Shown: in pieces, positions 1 through 10,442 of the stretch
Layout of the letters: each line of letters opens with the position of its first letter
Numbering within the stretch: position 1 is the first letter of the stretch
Assembly: GCF_001194135.2 (NCBI RefSeq)
Contig: NC_068983.1
Span: 91,244,618 to 91,279,878, forward strand
Source: Octopus bimaculoides
Taxonomy: Eukaryota
Reading direction: 5' to 3'
DNA: 35,261 nt
Translations under genes and position numbers: made by a program
The notes under the pieces: generated by a model
The model's input: the letters and a program-made list of their open reading frames with translations, nothing else
Databases searched by the model: none
Told to the model about the DNA's origin: nothing

Positions 1-31
1 CCCATGCTAGCATGGAAAGCGGACGTTAAAC

Positions 32-88
<57 letters not shown>
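1..88 (+). mobile_element. 3' tail of RTE-type LINE (or SINE sharing it) ending in (GAT)n
   Basis: CCCATGCTAGCATGGAAAGCGGACGTTAAAC-(GAT)n is the same terminus seen at ~10240-10282, 24602-24670 (rc), 30378-30430 (rc) and 34981-35030 (rc). The poly-Met/poly-Ile/poly-Ser ORFs here are microsatellite artefacts. Confidence 0.85.
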
Positions 89-2225
89 CGTATCCCCATT
101 TCTATATTTTCCTTGGGCCAACTTGGGACATTCAGCAACAAAGTGTGCCATTGTTTTGTTCCAAATTCCACATGTCCTACATTTTGTCCACACCGCTCCC
201 CATATATACATTTTTTCAAGTTGTTTGCAGCATTTGATCTTGAGCTGCTATAATAAGGCTCTCTATTTCTTTATTCAACTGTCTCTTTTTCAACCTAGCT
301 CAGGATTTTGTTATATATACCTCCTCAGTGGCTTTCCAAAACTGACCATGTAAGGTTTTCTCTTCACTCTGTTTAACATATTTTCTTTCATTGAATTCTG
401 TTTTTCTCCTTTTCTTCTTTTCCAGTTTTGATCACCTGTTTTTTATTCACTGCCTTTAGTAAACAATCTAGTAAGCTGTTTCATTCCATCTTCACACACC
501 CTTCCATACCAGTCAAGCCCCTTCCACCCTGGTCCCCAAGTACAATAAGTTGATATCAGCTTTCAGATGGTGGGCTCTATACATAGTCAACAGCTGTCTA
601 GTTTTTCTGTCAAGTTTCTGCCTTTCACCTTTTGTCCAATCCACAATTCCAGCTCAGTATCTGATAACTGGCTTTTGAATTAATCACCACAATTCCTCCA
701 GTATTCCCAAATACTTATGCCAGCCTGTTCTCAACTGATTTCATTATTTGCCCATTTCACATTTCAATTCCCTGGTTTCCTTCAAATCTCCTCTGTTTCA
801 TTATCAATATAGTACACTTTACAATCTTGAATTCTATTTCTACAACTTTTGATAAAATGTGAACAGTATGTACAAGACTTTTCTGCTGCTTCTCATTCTT
901 TGCATAAAGCTTTTTATCATTCATGAATAGGGGGCAATTTATCTAACCATACCCTTTTCCCAAATCATAATCTATTTTGACTTTCCATAATATCAGGCTG
1001 ACTGGTATCATGGTCAGTACAAATAGTATTGGAAATAAGCTTTTACCTTGGAATGTGCCATATCTGATGTTCATTTTCCAAAGCCATTACTTTCGTCCAA
1101 TCAATTCAGTGATCCAATGTTTCATAACTTCATTGACCATTTTCTCCATATTTTCTTCCACTCCAAACATGATCATTGTTTAATTTATCCAACTGTGCAA
1201 CGTCATGTCATATGCTTTTTTATAATCCAACTACATTACATTTAATCTCATCAATTTCCATTTACAATTTCTGATTATCATTTTATCAACTAACAACTAG
1301 TCTTTAGTTGCCCTACTTTTCCCCTGCATCCCTTCTGTTCTACAAGAAGTAAACTGTTACTTTCCAGATGATGACAACTTTTCTGCCAAGACACCAGTCA
1401 TAAGCTTCCACATAAGCTGCAAATAGGTTATAGGTTAAAAATTTGATACTAGTTTACCTTTCAAGGGATCCTTAAGACAACAATATGTGTCCATTTGTCA
1501 TCCACGTACGAACGTGTCTTTGCCACAGGCATTCATCAAGGTGTGTTGTGATTCTTTCATGCAGCTGTGTAAAATTATTTAAACAGCCAATAACCTTGTA
1601 TTCCATCTGGGCTTGATACTTTCCAATTTGGTATGTTTTTCAACTTTAGTCTCACTGAGTACAATTCTGAAATACTTTTGTTTTTGCTTGGTTGCAAGTT
1701 GTCTCTCCACCTGTATTAGCCACTCTGGAATAGGCCAGTGAAACATAACAACATTGCAATGTTCTCCCCAAAATACTTTAATTTCTTTTGCATCGGGAAT
1801 CACTTCTGGATGTTGTTCCTTCTCTATTTCTTCAAAAGGCCACCTTCTATTTGATTGAAACAATCTATTCTGTTCAAAACCGTTGCATCTAGCATCTTTT
1901 CAATTTAACCATTAATACTACCACCCTCTATGACAATCTTCTCCTTTAACCTGTACTGTATATTCAATTTTCTTATTAATACCTCATTATTGAGTTCCCC
2001 TCTCATTCTGTTTAATTGCCCCAGTTCTTTCTGTCTTTTCCAACTTAATGCTTATCTTCCTCTGGTTTGGTTCTTTTTTTTCTTTTTTTTTTTGCTTATC
2101 TTTCTTTTCTTCGACTGCCCGTTTGTATCTTATTATGTCAGTTACAACATTAGTGGCAGCTATCATCTTTATGATTTGTCTGGAAAGAAATGCAGGATTG
2201 TTTAAGTTTTCTTGCATTTCCGTGA
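89..2225 (-). mobile_element. Degenerate non-LTR retrotransposon of RLE type (R4/Dong-like): RT plus CCHC knuckle, truncated
   Basis: Minus-strand translation gives RT remnants (KLMTGVLAEK...EQKGCRGKSRATKD.LLVDKMI...LDYKKAYD; LFMNDKKLYAK, a decayed FMDD, at ~900-930). CRTCG..KTMAHFVAECPKLAQGKY near 100-200 is the zinc knuckle. The pre-RT region PDAKEIKVFWG lies at 1750-1810. Many stops and frameshifts. Confidence 0.75.
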
Positions 2226-2895
2226 TAGCTTTGCACAAACGTATGGCTCAAAGTCCAACATAAAATTTTCAAATTTTTGAAAAAGTAGCACTGATTTTTT
2301 GGATACAAAAGTTCTGAAAGTCACATAGTGACAGAATTATTTTGCAGAACCCACATCATCCCACATTTATCTTCACTGCTGCTCTGACCATCTACACCAT
2401 ACAATTAAGTTAAATTTAAAGTCTCAAGTTTTGAAAATAAAACATTTATACTGACATTGGGGATTTTGGAAACATGCAATTGATTTTGTATGCCATTATG
2501 TTAAATGCAGTTATTTTGAATCATGATTGAAGGAAATCACAAATGACACAGCTGAAATTATCAATAAATGTCAAACTTTCATGTCTAATTATAGTGGTAA
2601 AAATAAATTTTATGACAGTTCATTTAGTGATTAACTGACACCAAAATTTCACTGGCATTTCAAAAGTGGTGCATGGAAGTTAACAACATATTTCAAAAAA
2701 AATATCCTCGTTCACTGTAGTCTTTAGATGCATCAAAAATATCAGAGAACTACTAACCAGTACATCTAAGCATAATAAAACTCCACTGGAGTTTCTGAAT
2801 GTTGTGTCACTAAAAGCAGTTGCAAGAGAAGTCAGCCCTGTTCATTGTGCAACAGCACAAGTAAGGTCAACTCCATCACAAATTATAACAGAAAT
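2226..2895 (+). mobile_element. Penelope-like element (PLE), RT C-terminal half and Cys linker (5' part, before the Gypsy insertion)
   Basis: NIKFSNF*KSSTDFLDTKVLK...EPTSSHIYLHCCSDHLHHTIK matches the PLE RT thumb pattern (IKFT...FLD...KPT...YLH..S.HP). ECCVTKSSCKRSQPCSLC precedes the insertion point. Confidence 0.65.
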
Positions 2896-3232
2896 TGTTG
2901 TAGGGAGTTAGTAATAATGGTACACCCCTCTTACATGATGAGTGGAATGAGTCAGTCACTATAAGTAAAGTGACGTTGGCCAATATCAAGAGAGTACGGG
3001 TAGACTGTGTTGATAGTCATGTCTGTACTGATTTAGTAAATATATGATACCAAGTGAGTGCTATAATGATTCAACCCTTTGAGGATAACAACACTGTACG
3101 ACTGGGGGGGGGGGTCATACAGTGCCAGATGGAAACATCCTATCAACGATTTCAGAATATAACAATATCTGTTAGAGCGACAATGGTCATAAAAAGATAG
3201 ATACAACAAAGGCAAAAGACCACTTTATGATA
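2896..3232 (+). repeat. 5' LTR of Gypsy element 1
   Basis: Aligns by eye with 5870-6167 and is followed by a decayed PBS-like GCAGTGACAAGGA. Confidence 0.88.
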
Positions 3233-4391
3233 GCAGTGACAAGGATAAACCTATTCACATGGAGTTAATAGAAACTTGAAGAGGCTTTAAACAACTCACA
3301 AGAAATTGATAAACTTGATGAGGATTAACTAATTCACGTGAAGTTAAAAGAAACTTGTAGAGGAGTTAACAAGCTCCCAAAGTTTTTGTTGTATAAATTT
3401 TATGAAAAATCGTAAAATGATGGAAGATTTATTGGCCGGTTTGCTTGAGTTGCAACAACAGATACAATTGCAAGAGCAACAACAGAAATAACAACAATTA
3501 ATATTACAGCAACAAATGCTGCAATTACTGCAGTCATCAGGAAAGCCAGAAAAAGTGTTCTCACCAGACTTTGTCACTAATTCAAAAACTGAATTCAAAT
3601 ACGAACTTAATGAAGGAGTTACCTTCAAAGCATACTACAGAAGATATGAGCAAATGTTTGAGAAAGAATGTAAAGATTGGGATGATGTGATGAAAAGCGT
3701 TTCATCTTGAGAAAACTGGTACCAACAGAACATGAACAATACACTAATTATGTACTCCCAAGAAAACCTTCAGACATAAAATTTAATGACACAATAGATA
3801 TATTGTGTAAAAATTTCAGTGAAAAAAGCCCATTGTTCAATACATGTTAGAAGTGTCTGAACATAGAGAAAAACAACAATGAAGACTTTATCACATATGA
3901 TGGTAGAGTAAACAGAGAATACGAGAAGTTTAAGCTGGATAAATTAACTCCATATAAGTTCAAATGTCTGATTTTTACACAGGGACTAACTGTTGAAAAG
4001 GATGCAGAAGTCAGAACTAGAATTCTTGCAAAGTTGGAGCAAAACCAGGAGGTAACCCTGTAGAAAGTGTCTGAAGAATGTGAAGAATATTCAAATTAAG
4101 ACACAATACAGAGGAAATTGAATGCAAAGTAAAACTAGTGCAGAAGAATCTGAATAGAGATAAAGCGTTTTCTAAAAAGCATGACAAAGATTGGGATGTT
4201 TTGCATTTGGTGGTATGCACTTGAGGAAGAATTGTCCATTTAAAAAAGCGAAGTGTTTTTGTTGTGGCGATAAAGGATATATTAAGATACACTGTAGAAT
4301 GAAAATGACAAAATGTCAGAACAAGGGGGAAAAAATATATAATTTGTCATAAAAAAAAGGAGGTAATACAAAGAACAGAAAATTTGTACAT

Positions 4392-4967
4392 GTGAAAATT
4401 AAAAATAAAAGTGTAAAATTGAAGTTCGACACAGGTAGTAGCATGACTATTATAAACGAAAAAGTGGGGAAACATAGTGGTAAGCTGAAATTAATTAAAT
4501 CTAAAAAGGTAACACATGGTGTTCTGGGAAAAAGATTATATCTTATTGGTGAAAGCACATGTAATGTAACATTTCAAAGTCAAACAGAAAAAGCTAAGGT
4601 ATATATATTAAAACATTCACTTAATTTATTTGGCACAGAGTGGATAGAACTATTCAATTTATGGAATAAGCCCATAAGTGTTTTCTGTAGAAATATAGTT
4701 GCTTCAGTCAAAGTTTCAAATGCAGCTGAGGGACTGAAACAAAAAATTACAGTAAAACAAAGTGGAACACCTGCATGTGGGCCAAAAAGAAATGTATCAT
4801 TTGCAGCCATAGACCAGGTTAACAAAGAACTGGAAAGACTGGAAAGTCTTGGTACAACTGAAAAGAATGACCATGCAGATTGGGTAGCAACAACAGTTTA
4901 CGTGAAAAAGAAGGATGACAAACAAAGAGTTTGTGAAGATTTTTCAACAAAGGTGAAAACTTTTTAG
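4392..4967 (+). pseudogene. Gypsy aspartic protease and RT N-terminal fragment
   Basis: DTG catalytic motif in KLKFDTGSSMTII; NLFGTEWIELFNLW; ELERLESLG...DWVATTVYVKKKD..RVCEDFST. Confidence 0.85.
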
Positions 4968-5183
4968 TCCCACATGCACACATTTGTTAAAAAATTAACA
5001 CACACCATGGTTTATATTAAATTTAAGTGGTTTCCCTTTGGTGTGGAGGAAAAGTGTAATTTCTTGCTGAAAGAAAAAAATATCAAATACATAGGACACA
5101 TAATTGATGACAATACAACGCAATTTGTGTCTAGCAAATTTTAAAAATTTTGTGAACTGTTCACAGTAGAACATATAACTACA

Positions 5184-5474
5184 GTGCCATACCATCTCAG
5201 ATCTAATGGACAGGCAGAATGCTTTGTTGATACCTTCAAAAAAGCTTTAAGAAAAGCAAATAAAGAAAGCACGGATGAGGTAGCTCTTCAACAATTTTTA
5301 AGAGTGTACCATCTAACACCAAATCTGAATATATCAGCAGGTAGCTCACCAGCGGAGCTGATGTTTGCAAGGAAAGTAAAATCAGTTTTTGATAAATTGC
5401 TACCTGGCAAGAAAGAAAAAGTGCCAGGGAAGACATATCAAGATTTTTTAAAGTTGGCGATAGGGTGTATATGA
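5184..5474 (+). pseudogene. Gypsy integrase C-terminal fragment
   Basis: PYHLRSNGQAECFVDTFKKAL is the decayed PYHPxSNGxAERFV motif. Confidence 0.85.
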
Positions 5475-5869
5475 GGACATACAAAAATGGAAAGCAGAAC
5501 TGAGAAGAGGGCGAAATTACCAAATACATAGGTAAAATGATGTATAGGGTAAAAAGTAGAAAAGGCATACAAAAGAGACACAGGAACCAACTTAAAAAGA
5601 AATTCGTGGAAAGCGAACCAAAGAAGTTGGAGGAAGCCATGGAATGGCTGTACAATATGTTCCAAGTACCAATGCCACTGCAGGTGATTGAACCTAGGCA
5701 CACAAGTGAAAGGAAAAGAAAACATACAGAGTTCCTGAAAATAGATACCAAGAGAAAAAAATATTAAATTGTTCAGAAAAAAGAGCTCAAAAAAAAAAAA
5801 GGAGGTGGGGTTGAATAAAAATATTGTGAAATAAAATGACACTGCCTAAGAAAAACTTAAAACGGGAGA

Positions 5870-6167
5870 TGTTGTAGGGAATTAGTAATAATGGTACACC
5901 CCATGTGATGAGTGGAATGAGTTAGTCACTATAAGTAAGGTGACATTGACCAGTATTGAGAGAGTACATGTAGACTGTTGATAGTCATATCTGTACTGAT
6001 CTAGTAATTATACTACAAATCCAAGTGGGCATTATAATGATCCAACCCTGTATGACACTGTATGACTGAGGGTCTTACAGTGTCAGATAGAAACATCCTA
6101 TCGATGACTTTCGAATGTAACAATATCTGTCAGAGCGACAACAGTGGCAAAAGACCACTTTATAATA
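5870..6167 (+). repeat. 3' LTR of Gypsy element 1
   Basis: Diverged copy of 2896-3232, preceded by the PPT and followed by TSD GAAAT. Confidence 0.88.
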
Positions 6168-6172
6168 GAAAT

Positions 6173-6475
6173 GTTATGATTTAAACAGGTGAAACATGTA
6201 ACAATTCCCATTTAGTTTACACAGTTGAATGCACCAGACACAACTTGAATTATGTTGGTTGTACAACAGAAAAATTAAACAAAAGATTCAGTGGATATAT
6301 GTATGACATCAGGCACAATAATTGCTTTGATGAAACTTGCCAAATATTTTTCATCAAACAGCTGTAAATTTGAAGACCATCGGGGGAAATGGAGATTCTC
6401 AGAAAACATCATAAACCCACTGCACTTTGAGTTCTCAAAACATATAAGGATAAATATTTTTCTAAGTTACTAGTG
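6173..6475 (+). mobile_element. Penelope-like element GIY-YIG endonuclease remnant (continuation of 2226-2895)
   Basis: TCNNSHLVYTVECTRHNLNYVGCTTEKLNKRFSGYMYDIR matches C.S.NVIY.I.C..C...YVG.T...L..R..EH...I. It is in frame with the upstream part once the Gypsy and one TSD are removed. Confidence 0.8.
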
Positions 6476-6630
6476 TCATTTCCTGAAGGTATGAACAAAA
6501 TGACAGGACAAATTATGCACTCTACTTGTCCTGTATATATAAATATATTTGGGTGATTTTGCCGCATGAGAGCTATATGGATCTGTAAATTGTATACGCA
6601 GGATGTAAATAAATATGCAAACCTTCCTAC

Positions 6631-6756
6631 GTAGCCACCCCATCCTCTCTTCTAGCCAAGCTGCAGCCCTAGCACCTTCTTCTCTCTCCTCTCTGGTACT
6701 TGCTCTAGATGGTGTACAGGATTGAGGAAACTGTAGTCCATTGAGTAAATTAACTA
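6631..6756 (-). repeat. ~125-bp dispersed repeat, inverted copy of 7420-7545
   Basis: Its reverse complement aligns with 7420-7545 with scattered substitutions. Confidence 0.85.
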
Positions 6757-6794
6757 TGTACCACAGCCCTCTACCAGCTGATGAGTGTTCATGC

Positions 6795-7880
6795 AAGTCT
6801 TCCTTTCAGGTGCTGAAATGAGTTCACAATGACTGTCTTCCTACTCTTCCTTACTAATCCACAATTTCAGGGTCTCCATGTCATTGTTGGCAGGAAGGTT
6901 CTTCCTGTAAGATTATTGAAATACTAGAATGATAGCATGTAGATGTGTGTAGTCTAAAAGAAGAAAGATGGATGGAAGCATCTGCTAGATCTCTCATGGA
7001 TAACAGAAGTTCAAATTCTTTTGAGTAAGCAGCAATGATGGGGTGGGTGGTATAGGCATACTGTTGGTAGAAAAATGGGTAGATAAGGTAATTGAGGTAG
7101 TCAGAGTATGTTTTAAGCTGAGATTAATCTTAAATATATCAACTTACATTTATCTCTACATCTGCTTTACAGTTTGGGTTGGCAGATGATCAAAAGGACC
7201 AATTTTATGAGGTCCTTTTGCAGACTATCTCAATGACAAATGACAGATTTGGTTATTGTGGCTGGTGACCTCAAAAGACATGTTGGGTAGCAATTCCATG
7301 GATTTCAAAGTATGCATGAAGGTTATGGCTTTAACTCTAGGAATAAGAAGGGATACAAATATTCTGATAATCTGCAGTACTAACTTAAGGAAACAAGCCA
7401 ACCACCTGAACATCTGTTGTAGTTAATTTACTCAATGGATTACAATTCCTTCAATCCGGTACACCATCTAGAGAAAGTGTCTGAGAGGAGAGAGAGAAAG
7501 GGGCTAGGGATGCAGCTTGGCCACAAGAGAGGATAGGGTGGCTACAATGCCAAATTGACCACATCCTAATCAGATGAGATGGACCAATGCTTATGAATGC
7601 AGTCTTTCCAAGGTGAAGAATGTACAACTCAACAAAGATTAGTAGTTTATGACTTCAGAACTAGAGCTAGTACTCAGAGAAACAAACCAGCCCAGAAAAG
7701 ATGGTTATGGAAGCTCAAAGACCCCACAAATTGACAGAAATTTACAGATATTCTAAAAGACATGAAGGAGGAGGAATCAGAAAAATAGAGCTTAGAGGAC
7801 AACTGGAAGTTTCCAGGGCTACAAACCAAATCTGAAGATGGTGCAAAGTCCCAGCCATGCTGAGAGTGAAACAGTGGCAA
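6795..7880 (+). mobile_element. Old RTE LINE fragment, APE endonuclease region, degenerate
   Basis: Remnants of APE motifs: GVGGIGILLVEKWVDKVIEVVRV, KDQFYEVLLQT..., AGDLKRHVG, QIDHILIR. Interrupted at ~7411-7548. Confidence 0.7.
7420..7545 (+). repeat. ~125-bp dispersed repeat inserted in the RTE endonuclease
   Basis: Splits the RTE between ...AACCACCTGA and CAAATTGACCACATC. Ends read TGTAG...CTACA. Homologous to 6631-6756. Confidence 0.8.
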
Positions 7881-8080
7881 TGAAACCTCTCTGACTGGAG
7901 TAACTATGTACCTCCCATACAGCAGGACACCTGTTTCTCTCCCACTGTCATCGTTTAACCTCTCATTAACTGGGACAAAGCCACTTCACTCAACACCACT
8001 CCCCCTCTCCGTTGAGGAATCTTTGCTAGTGATGGTATCACATAAAACACACTCAGTACACTCTGAAAAGTGTCTGGAAG

Positions 8081-8218
8081 ATCATCATCATCATCATTTA
8101 ACATCCACCTTCTATACCAGCACGGATTAGATGGTGTTTTTACAGGTGGATGGCCTTCCTAACACCAACCACCCAGCAGAGTGGACTGAGTGCTTTCTAC
8201 ATGGCACAAGCACAGGTG
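8081..8218 (-). mobile_element. Short RTE/SINE 3'-end fragment with (CAT)n tail
   Basis: (CAT)n-TTAACATCC...GGATGGCCTTCCTAACACCAACCAC, the same family as the other RTE tails. Confidence 0.7.
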
Positions 8219-10278
8219 ATACACAAAGGAGTCATACCCAAAGACTGGTGTAGTAGCACCATAGTCAACTGCTACAAAGGTAAAGGTGATGCTTTAGATA
8301 CAAATAATTAGAGGTACTAAGTTGTTGGATCAGGCAATAAAGGTTATGGAGAGGGTCAGAGCCCAACTAATTAGGGAGAGAGTCAGTTCAGATGAGATGC
8401 AGTTTGGGTTCGTGTCAGGGAAAAGCATCACTGCTGCTATATTTCTGGTTAGACAGCTGCAGGAGAAATACCTAGCCAAAGACAAACCTCTGTACCTGGC
8501 TTTCGTTGACATGGAGAAAGCCTTTGACAGGGTCCCCTGATCCCTTATCTGGTGGTCAATGAGGAAACTAGGGATAGATGAATGGTTAGTGAGAGCTGTG
8601 TGAGCCATGTACAGAGACGCTGTCAGTAAGGTGAGGGTTGGAAATGAGTACAGTGAAGAATTCCGGGTAGGGATAGGGGTCCACCAAGGTTCCGTCCTCA
8701 GTCTCCTCCTATTTATCATAGTCCTCCAGGCAATAACAGAGGAATTCAAGACAGGATGCACCTGGGAGCTCCTCTATGCTGATGACCTTGCTATAATTGC
8801 TGAGTCACCATCAGAACTAGAGGAGAAGTTTCAGGTATGGAAGCAAGGATTAGAATCAAAGGGCCTCAGAGTCAACCTAGCTAAAATCAAAGTCTTAATA
8901 AGTAGGAAGGCAGACAAATCACAAATCCCTTCAGGTAGGTGGCCCTGCTCGATCTGTAGAAAAGGCGTAGGTAGAAGCTCTATAAGATGTACCCAGTGTA
9001 AGCTATGGACACATAAGAGGTACAGCAATATCAATGGAAGGCTAACTGGGAAGATAGTTTTTGTATGTAGCAGATGCTCAGGAGCAATAGACAATGAAAA
9101 TGTGCAGAGAACAACTTCTACCACATTCCAAGGAGAAAAACTGGAAGTAGTTGATAGCTTCCATTACCTAGGTGACCAACTCAGTAGCGGGGGTAGGTAC
9201 GCTGAAAGTGTATCTGCTAGAATAAGAATAGCCTGGGCAAAGTTCAGAGAGCTCTTACCTCTGCTGGTGACAAAGGGCCTCTTGCTCAAAGTAAAAGGCA
9301 GACTGTATGACGTATGTGTACAAACAGTCATGCTACATGGCAGTGAAACATGGGCCGTGACTGCTGAAGACATGTGTAAGCTTGCCAGGAACGAAGCCAG
9401 TATGCTCTGCTGGATGTGTAATGTCAGCGTGCATACCCGACAGAGTGTAAGTACCTTGAGAGAAAAGTTGGACCTAAGAAGCATCAGACGTGGTGTGCAA
9501 GAGAGACGACTACACTGGTATGGTCATGCGGCGAGAATGGATGAGGATAGCTGTGTGAAAAAGTGCCACATCCTAGCGGTTGAGGGAACCTGTGGAAGAG
9601 GTAGACCCAGGAAGACCTGGGATGAGGTGGTTAAGCACGACCTTCGAACATTAGGCCTCACCAAGGCAATGACTAGTGACCGAGACCTTTGGAAATATGC
9701 TATGCTTGAGAAGACCTGGCAAGCCAAGTGAGACCATAACCCATGGCCTATGCCACTGGTGTAACCAGCTCACTTATGCATATCTTCCTTCAATGGACAC
9801 TAAACTCTACTTGCAAAGACCTGTTGAGGCAAGTGAAATTGAAATCAAATTCGATGACATCCGAGTGTGATCATTGCCAGAGCAGCTGACAGGCTTCTGT
9901 GCTAGTGGCATGTAAAAAGCACCAGTCGAGCGTGATCATTACCAGCATCGCCTTACTGGCACTTGTGCCAGTGGCATGTGAAAAAATATTCGACCGAGGT
10001 CATTGCCAGTGCCGCTGGACTGGATCCTGTGCAGATGGCACATAAAGAACACCATTTGAGCATGGCTGTTGCCAGTACCGCCTGACTGACTCTCGTGCTG
10101 GTGGCCTGTAAAAGCACCCACTATACTCTCGGAGTGGTTGGCATTAGGAAGGGCATTCAGCTGTAGAAATTCTGCCAGATCAGATTGGAGCCTGGTGCAG
10201 CCATCTGGTTCGCCAGTCCTCAGTCAAATTGTCCAACCCATGACGGCACAGAAAGCGGACATTAAACAATGATGATGA

Positions 10279-10282
<4 letters not shown>
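8219..10282 (+). mobile_element. RTE-clade LINE, 5'-truncated: RT, embedded Cys/His finger, 3' UTR with tandem subrepeats, (GAT)n tail
   Basis: QFGFVSGKSITAAIFLVRQLQEKY...AFVDMEKAFDRVP; GVHQGSVLS.LLF; LLYADDL; FHYLGD; RRLHWYGH; GRGRPRKTW. Ends in the GCGGACATTAAACAATGATGATG tail. Confidence 0.93.
8607..9731 (+). pseudogene. RTE reverse transcriptase, C-terminal 374-aa open segment
   Basis: Open frame containing YADD and RTE-typical C-terminal motifs. The upstream part of the same ORF (8322-8540) is separated by in-frame stops, so the copy is not intact. Confidence 0.85.
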
Positions 10283-10361
<79 letters not shown>

Positions 10362-10371
10362 CATATATATA
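10283..10371. repeat. (TA)n microsatellite
   Basis: Direct reading. Confidence 0.98.
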
Positions 10372-10400
10372 CTGTTATTAAAGCTGAAAAATTATCACAA

Positions 10401-10442
10401 AACTGTTACTCAGAGTTTCACGCTCCTGTTCGTTGGACAGTT
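10401..10442 (-). ncRNA. Degenerate minimal type I hammerhead-ribozyme-like fold
   Basis: Minus strand: AACTGT-CCAACGA-ACA GGAG CGT-GAAA-CTCTGAG-TA-ACAGTT. Stem I is 6 bp. The core box CUGANGA is mutated to CCAACGA. Confidence 0.55.

Larger units (their letters stand above)
2896..6167 (+). mobile_element. Ty3/Gypsy LTR retrotransposon (K02A2.6-like), internally deleted, both LTRs present, TSD GAAAT
   Basis: LTRs at 2896-3232 and 5870-6167 both start TGTTGTAGGGA. GAAAT is duplicated at 2891-2895 and 6168-6172. A purine-rich PPT (AAAACTTAAAACGGGAGA) precedes the 3' LTR. Internal remnants: gag-like region, protease FDTGSSMTII (ORF 4392-4967), RT start (RVCEDFST) and integrase C-terminus (YHLRSNGQAECFVDTFKKAL...TPN...SPAELMF). 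Most of RT/RNase H is deleted. Confidence 0.92.

Noticed and set aside
7-353. Poly-Met, poly-Ile and poly-Ser ORFs
   Set aside because: Translations of the (GAT)n LINE tail; not genes.
6770-6835. CTGATGA...GAAA hammerhead-like boxes after the PLE
   Set aside because: No convincing stem II or stem III pairing. It may be a pseudo-LTR hammerhead cut by the RTE insertion, but this cannot be supported.
9860-10125. Regularly spaced repeats resembling a CRISPR array
   Set aside because: Whole units are degenerate homologues with no unique spacers, they lie within a LINE 3' UTR, and no cas genes are present in this eukaryotic context.
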